Shown: positions 27,900-39,562, counted from the first letter of the stretch. The stretch is 64,000 bases of DNA from Trichormus sp. ATA11-4-KO1 (GCA_019358915.1 JAHHIM010000065.1:160001-224000); one strand, 5' to 3'. Notes: generated by a model not told the origin, from the sequence alone. Made by a program: numbers and translations.

Positions 27900-28895
27900 T
27901 TAGGACTGTTTCCAGCAAATCCAATCGCCTTGAACTTGAGCGATCGCACCACCGGGAAATGGATCGGTTTGTGAACGGTTTGGTGCTAAAATCAGGGCTG
28001 TCAATTTTTCAATGTGTTCAAAACTGGGAGCATCCCTCAGTATTTGCTGTAATATTTGTCGCATTACACGACGCTGCAAAGCCAGTGGTGCTGTCTGCAA
28101 TACTCGTCTATTTAACCTGAAATGAACCCTATTTTCCCCACTCTCTAGTCCTTCTTCTATCACTTCTTCCCTCAATTTTTCGGCTGCTTGCTCTAAATAT
28201 TCCACCTCGACTTGCAGTAATTCTGCTGTCTGGGCTAGAGCAGATTCTACTTTGGGGTTAAAATTTGTTTGCAAATAGGGAATTAACTCTTGGCGGATGC
28301 GGTTGCGGGCATATTTGACATCTTGATTGGTGGAATCTTCCCAAATTGGTAAATTAAACTCTTGACAAAATTGCTCAGTTTCTTTTCTAGTAATCTCTAA
28401 AAGTGGACGCACTAGTAAAATATCTCCAGTCAGTGGACGTTGCCAAGTGAGTGCTTGCAAACCATCAGCACCAGTACCACGCATGAGGTTGTAAAGGAGA
28501 GTTTCGGCGCGATCGCTGGCGGTATGTCCTGTAACAATATACTGGTAATTATTTTGTTGAGCGATCGCACTTAAAGCTTGATACCGCCAATTACGCGCCG
28601 CCGCTTCACTATTTAATGGCTGTGTTGCGGTTTCTAAATAAAAAGATACACCCCAAGTTTTCGCTAATTTTTCTACATGATGAGCATTAGCTTGAGAGTC
28701 GCTACGCCAGCGATGATCACAGTGGGCAATACCTAAATACCAGCCCCATTTGGGTTGTAAATCTAACAATAATTTGATTAAACACAGAGAATCTTGACCA
28801 CCAGAAACCGCTACCAATAATCTTTGGTTGCGCTCACATAAGTGGCGCGATCGGATGGTACGATGTATTTTTGCATGTAGGGCAGTCCATACCAT
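27900..28895 (-). CDS. tilS: tRNA(Ile)-lysidine synthetase
   Basis: AVSGGQDS PP-loop, EAAARNWRY, TGHTASDRAET, RNRIR. Confidence 0.95.
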   Translation of the reverse strand: MVWTALHAKIHRTIRSRHLCERNQRLLVAVSGGQDSLCLIKLLLDLQPKWGWYLGIAHCDHRWRSDSQANAHHVEKLAKTWGVSFYLETATQPLNSEAAARNWRYQALSAIAQQNNYQYIVTGHTASDRAETLLYNLMRGTGADGLQALTWQRPLTGDILLVRPLLEITRKETEQFCQEFNLPIWEDSTNQDVKYARNRIRQELIPYLQTNFNPKVESALAQTAELLQVEVEYLEQAAEKLREEVIEEGLESGENRVHFRLNRRVLQTAPLALQRRVMRQILQQILRDAPSFEHIEKLTALILAPNRSQTDPFPGGAIAQVQGDWICWKQS

Positions 28896-28934
28896 TTTTG
28901 GTGTTTAATAGTTGTCATTTGAGATATAGCTAAC

Positions 28935-29243
28935 CTAGGGTTCAATTTTCTGGAGTTGTTCATAAATTTCGTCTAATGGGAATTCAGGTTCATCAGGACA
29001 AAATTCTAAAGACAGTCTAACTTTTCCCTTAATCCATCCCTCAGCACTAAATTTTAAAACTTCACACTTCAATCCTTGTCCATACAAGTTTTCTTCACTC
29101 GTTCCTTCTGCTCCAACATATTCTTTAATTGCTGTAATCAAATCATGAACTTTAAAAGTTCCAGAAACATCTAAGTTATTAAAGGTGTTTGGTTCTACAT
29201 ACACAACTTCATCATGATTTAGCCGATCAAATCCATTTTCCAC
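28935..29243 (-). CDS. KGK domain protein
   Basis: GLKCEVLK...GWIKGKVRLSLEFCPDEPE. Confidence 0.9.
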   Translation of the reverse strand: MENGFDRLNHDEVVYVEPNTFNNLDVSGTFKVHDLITAIKEYVGAEGTSEENLYGQGLKCEVLKFSAEGWIKGKVRLSLEFCPDEPEFPLDEIYEQLQKIEP

Positions 29244-29587
29244 AACAATTTCCTGTTACTACTTCTATAGTTTCCATAGAGATAGATGTTAAGCTCAAAT
29301 AAAATAATCTAATGTTTTTTAATAGATGCTGCCTAATTTAATGTATTAATTAATGCAACAAAGAATACGTTACGAGGAGCCTAACCCACCCTAATTATTC
29401 AGTGATTACATTTTATCCGTGTTTTTTTGTTATGACAATTAGCAGTTAAATCTAAATAAATAAATAATTATTCACGAGTTATTAGACACGCTCAGGATGT
29501 AATACTATATGTTTGCTAAATATTAATTTCATCTTCCAGGAAGTTTGGTATCGGAAGTTACCCATTTTTAAGAAATTATATAATAGT

Positions 29588-30154
29588 TCATACTCTTCGT
29601 GATTTCGCATATAGCCAGGAACTAAATAGACGACTCACCCAAGGCATGACAATATAAGTCAACAATCCCACCATGATTGCGGAAATGATTAATGAAATTA
29701 TCAAAGGAGGTAAGTTGCGAAGCATGGGTGTTAAAAGCGTATTCAACAAATTAATCAATACATATACAACTGCCCAAGTTAGCAATGCTGTTTTATAACG
29801 AGGTGGAGTTTTTAGTGGTTGATTGGGAAGAGAAAACCAAGCTGCTAATCCATTGATTTGCTGAATATGTGGGTCAGATTGCACTAAATGTTGAGCTTGA
29901 GTCAGCCAATATTCGCGATCGCGTGATGTCATCCATAGCTTCAAATTTTCATAGCCGTCGAACCGGAAGATAATCACATATTCTGGTCGCACGCCTGGTT
30001 GTGGGCGAATCACATTTGTGCCTAAATGACCAATATAGGTTTTGGAAACATTAGTAATATCTCTCAACCAAGCCTCGTAAGCGCTTTCACATCCTGGTTT
30101 GACAATTTGTGAAATGACTATGGTTACAAATTGATCTTCTTGTTCCATCTCCAT
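29588..30154 (-). CDS. Antibiotic biosynthesis monooxygenase-like domain with C-terminal TM helices
   Basis: VKPG.E.AYE.W, YVIIFRFD, PPRYKTALLTW and LLTYIVMP motifs. Confidence 0.75.
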   Translation of the reverse strand: MEMEQEDQFVTIVISQIVKPGCESAYEAWLRDITNVSKTYIGHLGTNVIRPQPGVRPEYVIIFRFDGYENLKLWMTSRDREYWLTQAQHLVQSDPHIQQINGLAAWFSLPNQPLKTPPRYKTALLTWAVVYVLINLLNTLLTPMLRNLPPLIISLIISAIMVGLLTYIVMPWVSRLFSSWLYAKSRRV

Positions 30155-30181
30155 TAGTTATGTCGCTATCAAGCTTTTTCT

Positions 30182-30697
30182 CTAGTCTTTTAATACACGA
30201 GCATTTTCTCGTACTAAGATGACAAAAGGCACACTCTGGTACTGATGCTCAAAATTATCAACAATGTGAAACCCTACTCCACACCATACATGGAGGGCGC
30301 GTTGATTAAACGCCGCGATCGTCACCCGGAAAATAGGAGGCGCAAACATCTGTTGAGCAAAATCTAAAACTGCTGCAACATAATAGCACCCCCGACCTTG
30401 CCCTGTTAATTTTGGGCAAATACCCATGCCAATATCCAGCCCTGGCATACTGTAATCACCTCCAGGTACTTGACCATCTTCACCAAAACTACAATAGCCA
30501 ACAAACTCTCTTGAGTCTTCAAAAATACCGTAAAAGTTGTTCTGAGGATCGAGAAAATAATCTACGTTTTGTTCAATTTCGTCGGGGTTTAAATTGTAGA
30601 AATTATAAGGTGCGTCATAACGCCACCCAGCTATCTCCCGCACATTTGCTTCATCCAAAGGTTGAATACTCAAGGGCGTTGCCAGTCTCTCATACAA
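30182..30697 (-). CDS. GNAT (RimJ/RimL-like) acetyltransferase; start uncertain
   Basis: WRYDAPYNFYN, DIGMG..PKLTGQGRG, AAFNQRAL. Confidence 0.8.
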   Translation of the reverse strand: MYERLATPLSIQPLDEANVREIAGWRYDAPYNFYNLNPDEIEQNVDYFLDPQNNFYGIFEDSREFVGYCSFGEDGQVPGGDYSMPGLDIGMGICPKLTGQGRGCYYVAAVLDFAQQMFAPPIFRVTIAAFNQRALHVWCGVGFHIVDNFEHQYQSVPFVILVRENARVLKD

Positions 30698-30890
30698 TTC
30701 GGAAGCAAGCTACTAAAAGAGATATCCAGCTTTCCTTACCTCAAGTCGGACAACGTTGGCAGGAACTACGCCTGTAGGAGGTGGTAAAAATATTCCCCCA
30801 TTCATCACAACATAAATTGCCGTGCGATCGCTTATATATTGTTGACCCGTCTCTGTTGGTGGAGACAGGTAACAGGTTAGAAAAAGGTTG

Positions 30891-31949
30891 TTAAAAAAAC
30901 CAACCGTAAGAATGCAAACCTTTTCCTAAAAGATTGACACCGAGATAGCAAACCCAGACGACGACAAAGCCACTAGCAGCTAAAATTGCTGGACGACGAC
31001 CTTGCCAACCGCGAGTAATTCGGGCGTGGAGATAGGCGGCAAAAACTAACCAGGTAATTAAAGCCCAGGTTTCTTTGGGGTCCCAACTCCAGTATGAACC
31101 CCAAGCTTCGTTAGCCCAAACTGCACCAGCAATAATACCTATTGTGAGTAGAGGAAATCCTAGTCCAATGACTCGATAACTAATATTGTCTAGGGTTTCA
31201 GCAAGGCTGAGGCGCTGGGGTGACAGGGGTTCTTCGGCAGTGGCTACTGTTGGAGACTCAGAAGCAGCGACTAAATTTAACACAGCAGTGTTGCTGTTGC
31301 CGTTGTTATTGCTTTCAAAACGAGCAAAACCGTTATTTTCTCCCACAGATGTTGCTGGTTGAGAAACTAACTCACCTGCTTTATGCAAACGGTAGCCGTT
31401 GCTCCGATAACCGCCAGTACCTACAGAACTGCCTTGTAATTGAATATTTTGACCGCGAGTGACAATTAGAAATGCGATCGCTAGTAGTGACCCTACCATC
31501 AAAGCGGCATAACTCAACATCATCACACTGACGTGCATCATCAGCCAGTTGGACTTGAGTGCAGGTACTAAGGGTTCTGCTGATTGCATTTGGGATGGCA
31601 GAGTGAGGGCTGCAAAAGCAGTAATCCCCATGGCTACGGGAGCTGTAACAACTCCCACTAGGCGGCTACGGCTGGTATTTTCAGCAAACAGATGCACGGC
31701 AGTAATTCCCCAAACCAAGAAAAATAGGGATTCATACAGATTACTGAGGGGAAAATAACCAGCTTCTATCCATCTTGCCCCTAATAAAGTAGCTATGCAT
31801 AAATTAGCGATCGCCATTCCTGCTGTTCCCAATGTAGCAATTGCTGGCAGCTTCGGAAAAGCTGCACCTCCCCAATACAGGAGCATGGTGAGGAATAATA
31901 CGGCAAAAGAGACATTATCCAACCAGTTCTGGAGTGCAACCAGATTCAT
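30891..31949 (-). CDS. ccsA: c-type cytochrome biogenesis protein CcsA/CcsB
   Basis: WWD motif [32 protein letters not shown]. Confidence 0.95.
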   Translation of the reverse strand: MNLVALQNWLDNVSFAVLFLTMLLYWGGAAFPKLPAIATLGTAGMAIANLCIATLLGARWIEAGYFPLSNLYESLFFLVWGITAVHLFAENTSRSRLVGVVTAPVAMGITAFAALTLPSQMQSAEPLVPALKSNWLMMHVSVMMLSYAALMVGSLLAIAFLIVTRGQNIQLQGSSVGTGGYRSNGYRLHKAGELVSQPATSVGENNGFARFESNNNGNSNTAVLNLVAASESPTVATAEEPLSPQRLSLAETLDNISYRVIGLGFPLLTIGIIAGAVWANEAWGSYWSWDPKETWALITWLVFAAYLHARITRGWQGRRPAILAASGFVVVWVCYLGVNLLGKGLHSYGWFF

Positions 31950-32122
31950 AAAGTGTTCTCCCCAGTGGATTTTTTAAAATATTGATTCTGACTGTTCTGA
32001 TCCTATCCGCTTCAAGACTCATCAGGCATGGATTTTAGTCCCGCTTAAGCATTGCTAATAAATCCTGAGTGCTGAATAAAGATAGCACCTGCGGTGCTTA
32101 CTGAAAAGCCTTTTACTTCTTT

Positions 32123-33823
32123 CTACTCAGCACTCAGCACTTGGTCATTTTTGAGTGTGACAAAAATGTCATAGCGAGTACTGCGATGATCACTGACAGC
32201 TGTTGTCACCCCAATTGAGCGTGTGGCATCTAGAAAAATTTGTTGGTTAGGGAATAAAGTATTTAAAGTAAAGTTTTTAACAGTTCGTTCCATATCCAAG
32301 AAAAATTGACCATTTGTGGGATTGGGTTCTGTGGGAACTGTTTGTTGAAATGGTAGGGAACTAGCTAGTGTGTTATCAGGTTTGGGAACGATTTTATCTG
32401 TGATGGGAGCACCCACTACTAAAAAAGCGATATTTTCATCTAACCATCCGTGGGTAGCGGTTAAGGTGTTAAAGGGTGTAATCCAGTTAACAACTGGTTT
32501 ACCTGCGACCGTGCCTGGTTTAATTTGGAACTGGTATTGATTTTCCATCACCTCATCCAGCTTTTTTAAGGATGCTTCAGCTGATTGGCGATCGCTGGCC
32601 TTTACCATGAATACCAAACCCGCTCGAAAATTCTTTGAGGCATCATCTTTTGAGTTATTGGGAATCACGGAAACGGAAAACTCACCTTGCATCCAACTGA
32701 GCAAATCCTGATCTAAATCTAAGTTGGTCAGAGATTTTACACCACTGCGTAACTGTTCTGGTGATATGGGCGAGAGGGGATTTTTTTGCGATGTGGAAAC
32801 GTAATCTTCCCACAACCGCTTTAAGTTTCCACCAGAAAGCATCATTAAGGTGTCAGCAGGTACACGGTTTTGCATTGTCCCGGCTTTGTTTTCCACCGCT
32901 AGCACACGCTGACTACGAGGATTGAGCCAGGAAATGCCCTTTAAGCGTATCCCTTCTGGCTCCAAAGTCATCGTTCCCGCTAAGCCTTGGTTGTTCTGAA
33001 GTTGAGTTAAAACCTGCGCAGGTAAACGGCGACTGGGAGAAGCAGCCGCTATTTTGGCAGCTATGGGCACATTCACGTAAAACTGGGCAAAGGTTCTGTA
33101 ACTGGAGACTTTTGGGAAATTTTCAGCAAAGCCGCCTACTCTTGCTAGGGATGTTTTACTCTTGTAAGCATCAATTGCTCGTTCTGTGGCTTGGGGATGA
33201 TCTGTGATCACTAAGAACCGTTCATCTAATAATGTGGCTGAAAGGTTTTCTCCTGCTTTTCCCTGACTTTGTTTAATAGTAATACCCTGATATGTGCGTT
33301 CCATCCATTTGCCTTGTTTAGGTTGTGCTAAGAGAGATTTGGCTGCTTTTGGGTTTTTTATGGGCAATACCATCACCATTGACTGCTGAGCACTAGCAAC
33401 ATCTGCATCGGTGGCTACTGGTTTGAGTGCAGGTTGATTTGTTGATGGGGCTAAAATTGCTAGGGTAACTTGATCCCCTATCCAAGGGGCGATATCTTTG
33501 TGGAAGTCATAGCCATTATTGGTCAGAAAGCGATCGCGCAACTGCGCTAAATTTTTCTTGACTTCCGCTTGGGTTTGTTTTGTCCCCAACTCCTGCAATT
33601 TCTGCCATTGTTGGGTATCTGTCGTTAAAGAAACTGTAAACAGAGCATCTTGAGGGATAATATTTGCACCCACTGGCAAGTTTCTAGACAATGTTTGTCT
33701 CTGAATTAAAAACCAGTGTGTTGCTGCGCCACCAACAATCAATAATCCAGCAGTCGAAAGCGTCAGCACCAGAGACGGTTTCTTTGTTTTCTTTTTTAAA
33801 ACAGACACAATAGGCAATGCCAT
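32123..33823 (-). CDS. DUF3352 domain protein
   Basis: N-terminal anchor, GANIIPQDAL, DI.PWIGD and DLLSWMQGEF patterns. Confidence 0.75.
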   Translation of the reverse strand: MALPIVSVLKKKTKKPSLVLTLSTAGLLIVGGAATHWFLIQRQTLSRNLPVGANIIPQDALFTVSLTTDTQQWQKLQELGTKQTQAEVKKNLAQLRDRFLTNNGYDFHKDIAPWIGDQVTLAILAPSTNQPALKPVATDADVASAQQSMVMVLPIKNPKAAKSLLAQPKQGKWMERTYQGITIKQSQGKAGENLSATLLDERFLVITDHPQATERAIDAYKSKTSLARVGGFAENFPKVSSYRTFAQFYVNVPIAAKIAAASPSRRLPAQVLTQLQNNQGLAGTMTLEPEGIRLKGISWLNPRSQRVLAVENKAGTMQNRVPADTLMMLSGGNLKRLWEDYVSTSQKNPLSPISPEQLRSGVKSLTNLDLDQDLLSWMQGEFSVSVIPNNSKDDASKNFRAGLVFMVKASDRQSAEASLKKLDEVMENQYQFQIKPGTVAGKPVVNWITPFNTLTATHGWLDENIAFLVVGAPITDKIVPKPDNTLASSLPFQQTVPTEPNPTNGQFFLDMERTVKNFTLNTLFPNQQIFLDATRSIGVTTAVSDHRSTRYDIFVTLKNDQVLSAE

Positions 33824-34219
33824 TGAAATCTATACCTCATATCTTGCGAACTGATTACTTGACCAATCAAGCAAGTAAACCAAAATTTTTTCTGTTTCTA
33901 GGGCAGTTAATTAGATGAATTTCTCTACCCCTGATGTCATTGCTGCTTCAGCAATCCACTTTACTTTGGTCACACTTTCAAAATAAGTTTTTTGTAATTA
34001 GTTAACTTTTCTAACATGCTCTGTTGCATTTAGCAGGCGAGTTTTTGGGAACAGTTCTGTCATCTGAGAATATAACTAACTTAAAAAAGCTGCAAGTGTT
34101 CATCATAGGCAGACTTATATGTATGGACACAACTTCCATTTGTTGGATTTAATTTGACCAATTCAGAATTATTCAATTATCAGATAGGGTATCCAAAGCA
34201 ACAAGTTCCCTCCCTTTGT

Positions 34220-34849
34220 TCATGTTTTCCCATTAGAGGAACTCATCTGTGCAGATCCCAAATATTTCGTTAAATAAGGCGAAAAAACTTCATAAATCAA
34301 GGTTAAGGGCTGTCCATGATGCCAAAACAAGTAGTGGCGACCCCAAAAAGGGCCAGCCACCTCAAACCCTAACTCTAGGGCAGCAGAGTAGCCGTAGTAA
34401 ATTCCTTGAATATCCCGATATAACTCTGTGCGGATCTGAGCTAAACTTGCCCAAATCGGTAGTGAACGATTTTGCAAATAATCATCTATGTGACTAGCTT
34501 CCCACCATGAGGTAGCGTAACCCAATCGCTGACCTGAGGCAGTACGTAACCACACCTGTCGTCGTAGTCTTGGCCCTGGTACAGCTTTAATTAGATCAGG
34601 GGCATCATCTAAATCCATGTCAATTAAAGACATATCAATGACATCGACCTCTGTTGGTTCACCTGTCAGCAATTGTAAGTGCCTTGTCGGCGAGCCGTCA
34701 CCTAACAATAACAATTGCCAAGCTGGTGCTAGCTGAGTGTGAGGCAAACTTTTTTGTATGACTTCCTCCCCACCTTGCCAAATCGGCGTGAGGCGATGCC
34801 ATGCTACTGGCAGTGTTGATTTGTTTGTTTCTGTAAAACTTGCAGTCAA
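34220..34849 (-). CDS. ubiC: Chorismate pyruvate-lyase (cyanobacterial DUF98 type)
   Basis: LLLGDGSPTRHL, RRQVWL, FWGRHYLF, LIYEVFSP. Confidence 0.85.
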   Translation of the reverse strand: MTASFTETNKSTLPVAWHRLTPIWQGGEEVIQKSLPHTQLAPAWQLLLLGDGSPTRHLQLLTGEPTEVDVIDMSLIDMDLDDAPDLIKAVPGPRLRRQVWLRTASGQRLGYATSWWEASHIDDYLQNRSLPIWASLAQIRTELYRDIQGIYYGYSAALELGFEVAGPFWGRHYLFWHHGQPLTLIYEVFSPYLTKYLGSAQMSSSNGKT

Positions 34850-34978
34850 TTTTCTTTACAAAAGTTCACCTATTTCTATAAAAGCATAAAAAACCCAGGC
34901 GTTCCAATAAGAAGCCAGTAAAAATAGAGAACTAAGAAAAAACACTCCTTAACTACTCAGCACTCAGCACTAAAAAAA

Positions 34979-35059
34979 TGCGGATGGCGAGACTCGAACT
35001 CGCAAGGCAAAGCCACACGCACCTCAAGCGTGCGCGTATACCAATTCCGCCACATCCGC
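34979..35059 (-). tRNA. trnL: tRNA-Leu(GAG)
   Basis: GCGGATG acceptor stem, D-loop GGAATTGGTATAC, anticodon arm CACGC-TTGAGGT-GCGTG, long variable arm, TTCGAG T-loop; CCA not encoded. Confidence 0.97.
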
Positions 35060-35477
35060 GTTAGTTGTCCAGTAAGTCATTATAGCATAAAAAATAAAAA
35101 TAGTGAGGAAAAACTTAAATTTCCCAAAATTCACTAAAAATTTAAAATTACGTGGTCACAAGTTTCCCGGAGGCGGATATAAGACGGACAGAAATATAGT
35201 AGCTCCACAAGTGATATTAAAAAGGGTATAGCTACTGTGAAATGCAAAATGCACTCACAAAAGCCTAGTTCGGGAAACTGGCAGAAACTAGCAAATCCAA
35301 AATCCAATATTGTTAGTCTAGTTAAGCCCCGTAGAGGCAGGAGCCAAATCCTATCTAAACTCTGTAAGGATGAGGCTGGAAAAACTCCTGTCATAATTTG
35401 AGATAAAGCGAAAGCATTGTTGCAAATGGGATAGGAGACAATGACTATCTACTGGTACTAGTATCGAAGCTAAAATA

Positions 35478-36821
35478 ATGAAGTTTGACAAAATATTAAT
35501 TGCCAATCGGGGAGAAATCGCCCTTCGTATTCTCCGAGCCTGTGAAGAAATGGGAATAGCGACGGTTGCGGTTCACTCCACTGTTGACCGTAATGCTCTC
35601 CACGTCCAACTTGCCGATGAAGCAGTTTGCATTGGCGAACCTGCTAGCGGTAAAAGTTATTTGAATATTCCCAATATTATTGCTGCTGCTCTGACACGCA
35701 ATGCCAGCGCTATTCATCCTGGTTATGGATTTTTAGCAGAAAATGCCCGCTTTGCGGAAATCTGTGCCGACCATCATATTGCATTTATTGGCCCAACTCC
35801 CGAAGCCATTAGGCTGATGGGAGATAAAGCCACTGCCAAAGAAACCATGCAAAAAGCTCTGGTACCAACTGTACCAGGTAGTGATGGGTTGGTAGAATCT
35901 GAGCAAGAAGGATTAGTCATCGCCAAGGATATGGGTTATCCGGTGATGATCAAAGCCACGGCTGGTGGCGGTGGGCGAGGTATGCGTTTGGTACGTTCGG
36001 AAACCGAATTTGTCAAACTTTTCTTGGCTGCTCAAGGCGAAGCAGGAGCAGCTTTTGGCAATTCTGGCGTTTATATCGAAAAATTTATTGAACGTCCACG
36101 CCACATTGAATTTCAAATTTTGGCAGATAATTACGGCAACGTCATCCACTTAGGCGAACGGGATTGCTCAATTCAGCGCCGTAATCAAAAACTGTTAGAA
36201 GAAGCTCCCAGTCCTGCGCTCAACCCAGAGCTACGAGAAAAAATGGGACAGGCTGCTGTCAGAGCTGCTCAGTTTATCAACTTTACTGGAGCTGGCACAA
36301 TTGAGTTTCTCCTGGATAGATCCGGTAAATTCTACTTTATGGAGATGAACACCCGGATTCAAGTTGAGCATCCTGTCACAGAGATGATTACTGGAGTGGA
36401 CTTGGTTGCCGAACAAATTCGGATTGCCCAAGGGGAAAGAATGAAGCTGACCCAAGACCAAATAGTCTTGCGGGGTCATGCGATCGAATGTCGCATTAAT
36501 GCTGAAGACCCCGACCATGACTTTCGCCCCGCCCCTGGACGTATTAGTGGTTATCTTCCTCCTGGTGGTCCCGGCGTCCGCATTGATTCCCACGTTTACA
36601 CCGATTACCAAATTCCTCCCTATTATGACTCCTTAATTGGTAAGTTAATTGTCTGGGGTTCAGACCGCTCCACTGCTATTAACCGCATGAAACGCGCACT
36701 GCGGGAGTGTGCCATTACCGGGCTACCCACTACTATTGGGTTCCATCAAAAAATTATGGAAAACCCACAATTTTTGCAAGGTAACGTCTACACCAATTTT
36801 GTGCAGGAGATGAATATTTAG
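35478..36821 (+). CDS. accC: Acetyl-CoA carboxylase biotin carboxylase
   Basis: [39 protein letters not shown]. Confidence 0.97.
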   Translation: MKFDKILIANRGEIALRILRACEEMGIATVAVHSTVDRNALHVQLADEAVCIGEPASGKSYLNIPNIIAAALTRNASAIHPGYGFLAENARFAEICADHHIAFIGPTPEAIRLMGDKATAKETMQKALVPTVPGSDGLVESEQEGLVIAKDMGYPVMIKATAGGGGRGMRLVRSETEFVKLFLAAQGEAGAAFGNSGVYIEKFIERPRHIEFQILADNYGNVIHLGERDCSIQRRNQKLLEEAPSPALNPELREKMGQAAVRAAQFINFTGAGTIEFLLDRSGKFYFMEMNTRIQVEHPVTEMITGVDLVAEQIRIAQGERMKLTQDQIVLRGHAIECRINAEDPDHDFRPAPGRISGYLPPGGPGVRIDSHVYTDYQIPPYYDSLIGKLIVWGSDRSTAINRMKRALRECAITGLPTTIGFHQKIMENPQFLQGNVYTNFVQEMNI

Positions 36822-36877
36822 GGACAAGGAGACAAGGGGACAAGGGGACAAGGAAATTTCCCCCTACTCCCTACTCC

Positions 36878-37171
36878 TTAATTCACATGAGACATCATAG
36901 TCAGCAATCCTTGCTGACCTAAAAGAATTTCCCGTAACAAGCTGAAAATTCCCACCCAAAGAATAGGGGTAATGTCTACCCCACCTATAGGTGGCACTAG
37001 CTTCCGCAACGGCACTAAGAAAGGTTCAGTAGGCCAAGCTATGAGATTAAAGGGCAAACGATTGAGGTCTACTTGTGGATACCAAGTGAGAATGATGCGG
37101 AAAATAAACAAAAAGGTCATTAGTCCCAATACAGGGCCAAGAATCCAAACGGTCAGGTTAACACCAGTCAT
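36878..37171 (-). CDS. YggT family membrane protein
   Basis: RIILTWYP, PTEPFL.PLRKLVPPIGGVDITP. Confidence 0.9.
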   Translation of the reverse strand: MTGVNLTVWILGPVLGLMTFLFIFRIILTWYPQVDLNRLPFNLIAWPTEPFLVPLRKLVPPIGGVDITPILWVGIFSLLREILLGQQGLLTMMSHVN

Positions 37172-37431
37172 CTGTTTGAGCTAATAATTTAGTGAACTAA
37201 GAAATAACTTAGGTGAAAGCCGGAAAATCTCACGCTTTGTTAAGTATTGTTCCTTTAATTTTAACTAATTGAACCAAGAAGACTTTTTTTACTCAGCAAT
37301 CAGACGTTCGGCGAAGCTACTTCGACAAGGCTCAGTACAAGTCAGTCGAGCCGCACTCAGGAAGAAAGCACGTTTTTGGTGGTACACCATATTAGAATTA
37401 TGATGAAGTGTGTAAAAAAAGGTTGAGAACT

Positions 37432-37551
37432 ATGACGCCTTCTTTAGCAAATTTTCTTTGGAGTCTGCTTTGGGGTACTGCAATTGTAGTTATCCCTGCT
37501 ACAGTAGCGCTGATTTTCATTAGCCAGAAAGATAAAATCCAGCGTTCATAA
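37432..37551 (+). CDS. psbX: Photosystem II subunit X (39 aa, not in the ORF track)
   Basis: Translated by hand: [39 protein letters not shown]. Confidence 0.93.
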   Translation: MTPSLANFLWSLLWGTAIVVIPATVALIFISQKDKIQRS

Positions 37552-37810
37552 TGAATGTTTGAGCGAGTCAATTAGACTCCCCCAACCTATTGTCTGTCAG
37601 TTGTTTTCCTACATTGCCCTAAAAGCATAAAGTTCTTCTACTGAAGGCGAGGTATACTTAGCTGACAGACGTAGGCAGTTTTAGCTTTCGGTAAATAGCT
37701 TCAAAAGCTCTCTTTGCCAGATGCTTTGAAGCTTAAATATATTGTGCCTGATTAGAGTAGTGATTTTAATTGTGACTCGTTAATATAGATTTGATATTGG
37801 GAAAAGAACA

Positions 37811-38716
37811 ATGATAAATTTTGGGCTGAACTCAGCCAGCGTTCTGGCTCAGGTCAACTTTGGAGCGAACTCAGCCAGTATTCTAGGAATTTTCCTGGCT
37901 GTGTCTGGGGCAGCACTGTATTTTCTGCGGACTGTACGTCCAGAACTGTCAAGAGATCAAGATATCTTTTTTGCAGCTGTGGGCTTACTCTGCGGCTTTA
38001 TTCTTATTTTCCAGGGATGGCGTTTAGACCCGATTTTGCAATTTGGTCAGCTGCTTTTAGTCGGCTCAACTGTGTTTTTTGCCGTTGAGAGTATTCGTCT
38101 ACGAGGTATAGCTACCCAGCAAGCCAAGCGCAACACTCAGATTGTGGATGACGAGCGAGAGGTGAGCAGAAATTATTCCTATAAGAGGGGATATCAGGCT
38201 GAGGTAGAGGAAGATTTAGAACCACTGCCTTATGAAGAGGAAGAACCCCCAGTGCGTCCTCGGATTCGGGGTGGCAGGGATACTCGTTCCTCTCGTGATG
38301 AATATTATGAGGATCAACCACCTCGTCGTCCCGAACGCCGCACTAGTAGGGAAAGGCCAGAAACGGCAGAAAAAAGGCGTCGTCCTCCTAGTTCTGAGCG
38401 TCCTGTAAGTCGTAGCCCTGAGAGATATGAAGAAGAAGATTGGAGTTCTTCTGTTAGGGAAGTTGATGATTGGGACAGTTCAGGTGAGGAAGTAAGGAAA
38501 TCTTCTCGTCGTGAGAGTAATAGACCACCGCGCCCGGACACTCGTGACCAGGATATATCTGCCAGACCCAGAAAACGTCGTCCGCCTGCTGATTCAGGTT
38601 CGCGCAGACCGCGTGAGGATGATGATGCCATACCAACTGAATACGTACCATATAATCCGATTGAAAAGCCCAATGATGAGCCTGATAATTCAACCAATTT
38701 GGATGAAGATATTTAA
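37811..38716 (+). CDS. ycf66: Ycf66 family protein
   Basis: LYFLRTVRPELSRDQDIFF and QGWRLDPILQFGQ; charged disordered tail. Confidence 0.9.
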   Translation: MINFGLNSASVLAQVNFGANSASILGIFLAVSGAALYFLRTVRPELSRDQDIFFAAVGLLCGFILIFQGWRLDPILQFGQLLLVGSTVFFAVESIRLRGIATQQAKRNTQIVDDEREVSRNYSYKRGYQAEVEEDLEPLPYEEEEPPVRPRIRGGRDTRSSRDEYYEDQPPRRPERRTSRERPETAEKRRRPPSSERPVSRSPERYEEEDWSSSVREVDDWDSSGEEVRKSSRRESNRPPRPDTRDQDISARPRKRRPPADSGSRRPREDDDAIPTEYVPYNPIEKPNDEPDNSTNLDEDI

Positions 38717-38763
38717 AATAGTTGGGCTAGAAGTAGGTTTAGAGGCAACGGAAAACGGTTGAG

Positions 38764-39327
38764 GTGAAACAAATTACGCCTAGATTTCGGCTCCAACGAC
38801 CTATTCATTGGAGCCTGGTTTTTAGCTTTGCTAGTTTGCTGTTATCTTGCAATTCCAATGAAATACCCATAGGCCCTACTTCTTCCCTTAACAGTCGCTA
38901 CACGGAAGAGCAACCGGCATTGAGTGGGAATGGGCGCTTTTTAGCATTTATTTCTCATCGTAATGGCAGCCATCAACTGCTGGTGTACGACTTGGCAGAA
39001 CAACAGTTTATTCGCACACCAGGCTTAAATAGACCACAGACTATTGCCGAAAGTCCTAGTTTGAGCTATACCGGGCGTTATATTGCCTATCTTACTAGTG
39101 ACCAAGGTAGACCTGTGGTAGCACTTTACGATCGCGCTATGCAAAAGTCACAAATTCTCACTCCAACTTATCGTGGCTGGATCAGAAATCCTGGTATTAG
39201 TCCAGATGGGCGTTATGTTGTATTTGAAACAGCCAGTCGTGGTCAATGGGATATTGAAGTTTTAGACAGAGGCCCGAATATTGAGTTAGATATTCCCAAC
39301 GGTGCAACGGTGAGTGTGTCTCCATAG
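38764..39327 (+). CDS. TolB-like PD40 repeat lipoprotein
   Basis: Lipobox LLSC; PALSGNGRFLAF and PGISPDGRYVVF repeats. Confidence 0.85.
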   Translation: MKQITPRFRLQRPIHWSLVFSFASLLLSCNSNEIPIGPTSSLNSRYTEEQPALSGNGRFLAFISHRNGSHQLLVYDLAEQQFIRTPGLNRPQTIAESPSLSYTGRYIAYLTSDQGRPVVALYDRAMQKSQILTPTYRGWIRNPGISPDGRYVVFETASRGQWDIEVLDRGPNIELDIPNGATVSVSP

Positions 39328-39562
39328 AGAAGTGCTGAGCTGAGTGTTGAGTATTAACCCTTTTATTTCAAGGCTTTGAGCAGTTATAGCAGGGAACAGG
39401 CTGGAAAATCTCTGTGTCCAGGTTTAATGATTAGTTTATGTTTTAAGCTATGTGGCAACTGCTATAAATAGGGGAAAATGGGAAAAATTATGTATTATTT
39501 GTGATTAGTTATTAGTCTTATGACCATTGACTAATGACCAATGACTAATGACTAATAACCAA

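Noticed and set aside
34979..35059. tRNA-Leu as an island integration site
   Set aside because: No integrase, no duplicated tRNA 3' end seen, and core genes on both sides
35260..35395. SAM-I or c-di-GMP riboswitch upstream of accC
   Set aside because: Only a partial GCCAAATCC...GATGAG resemblance; the SAM-I 5' ATCAAGAG core and GEMM motifs are missing, so kept only as an unassigned structure
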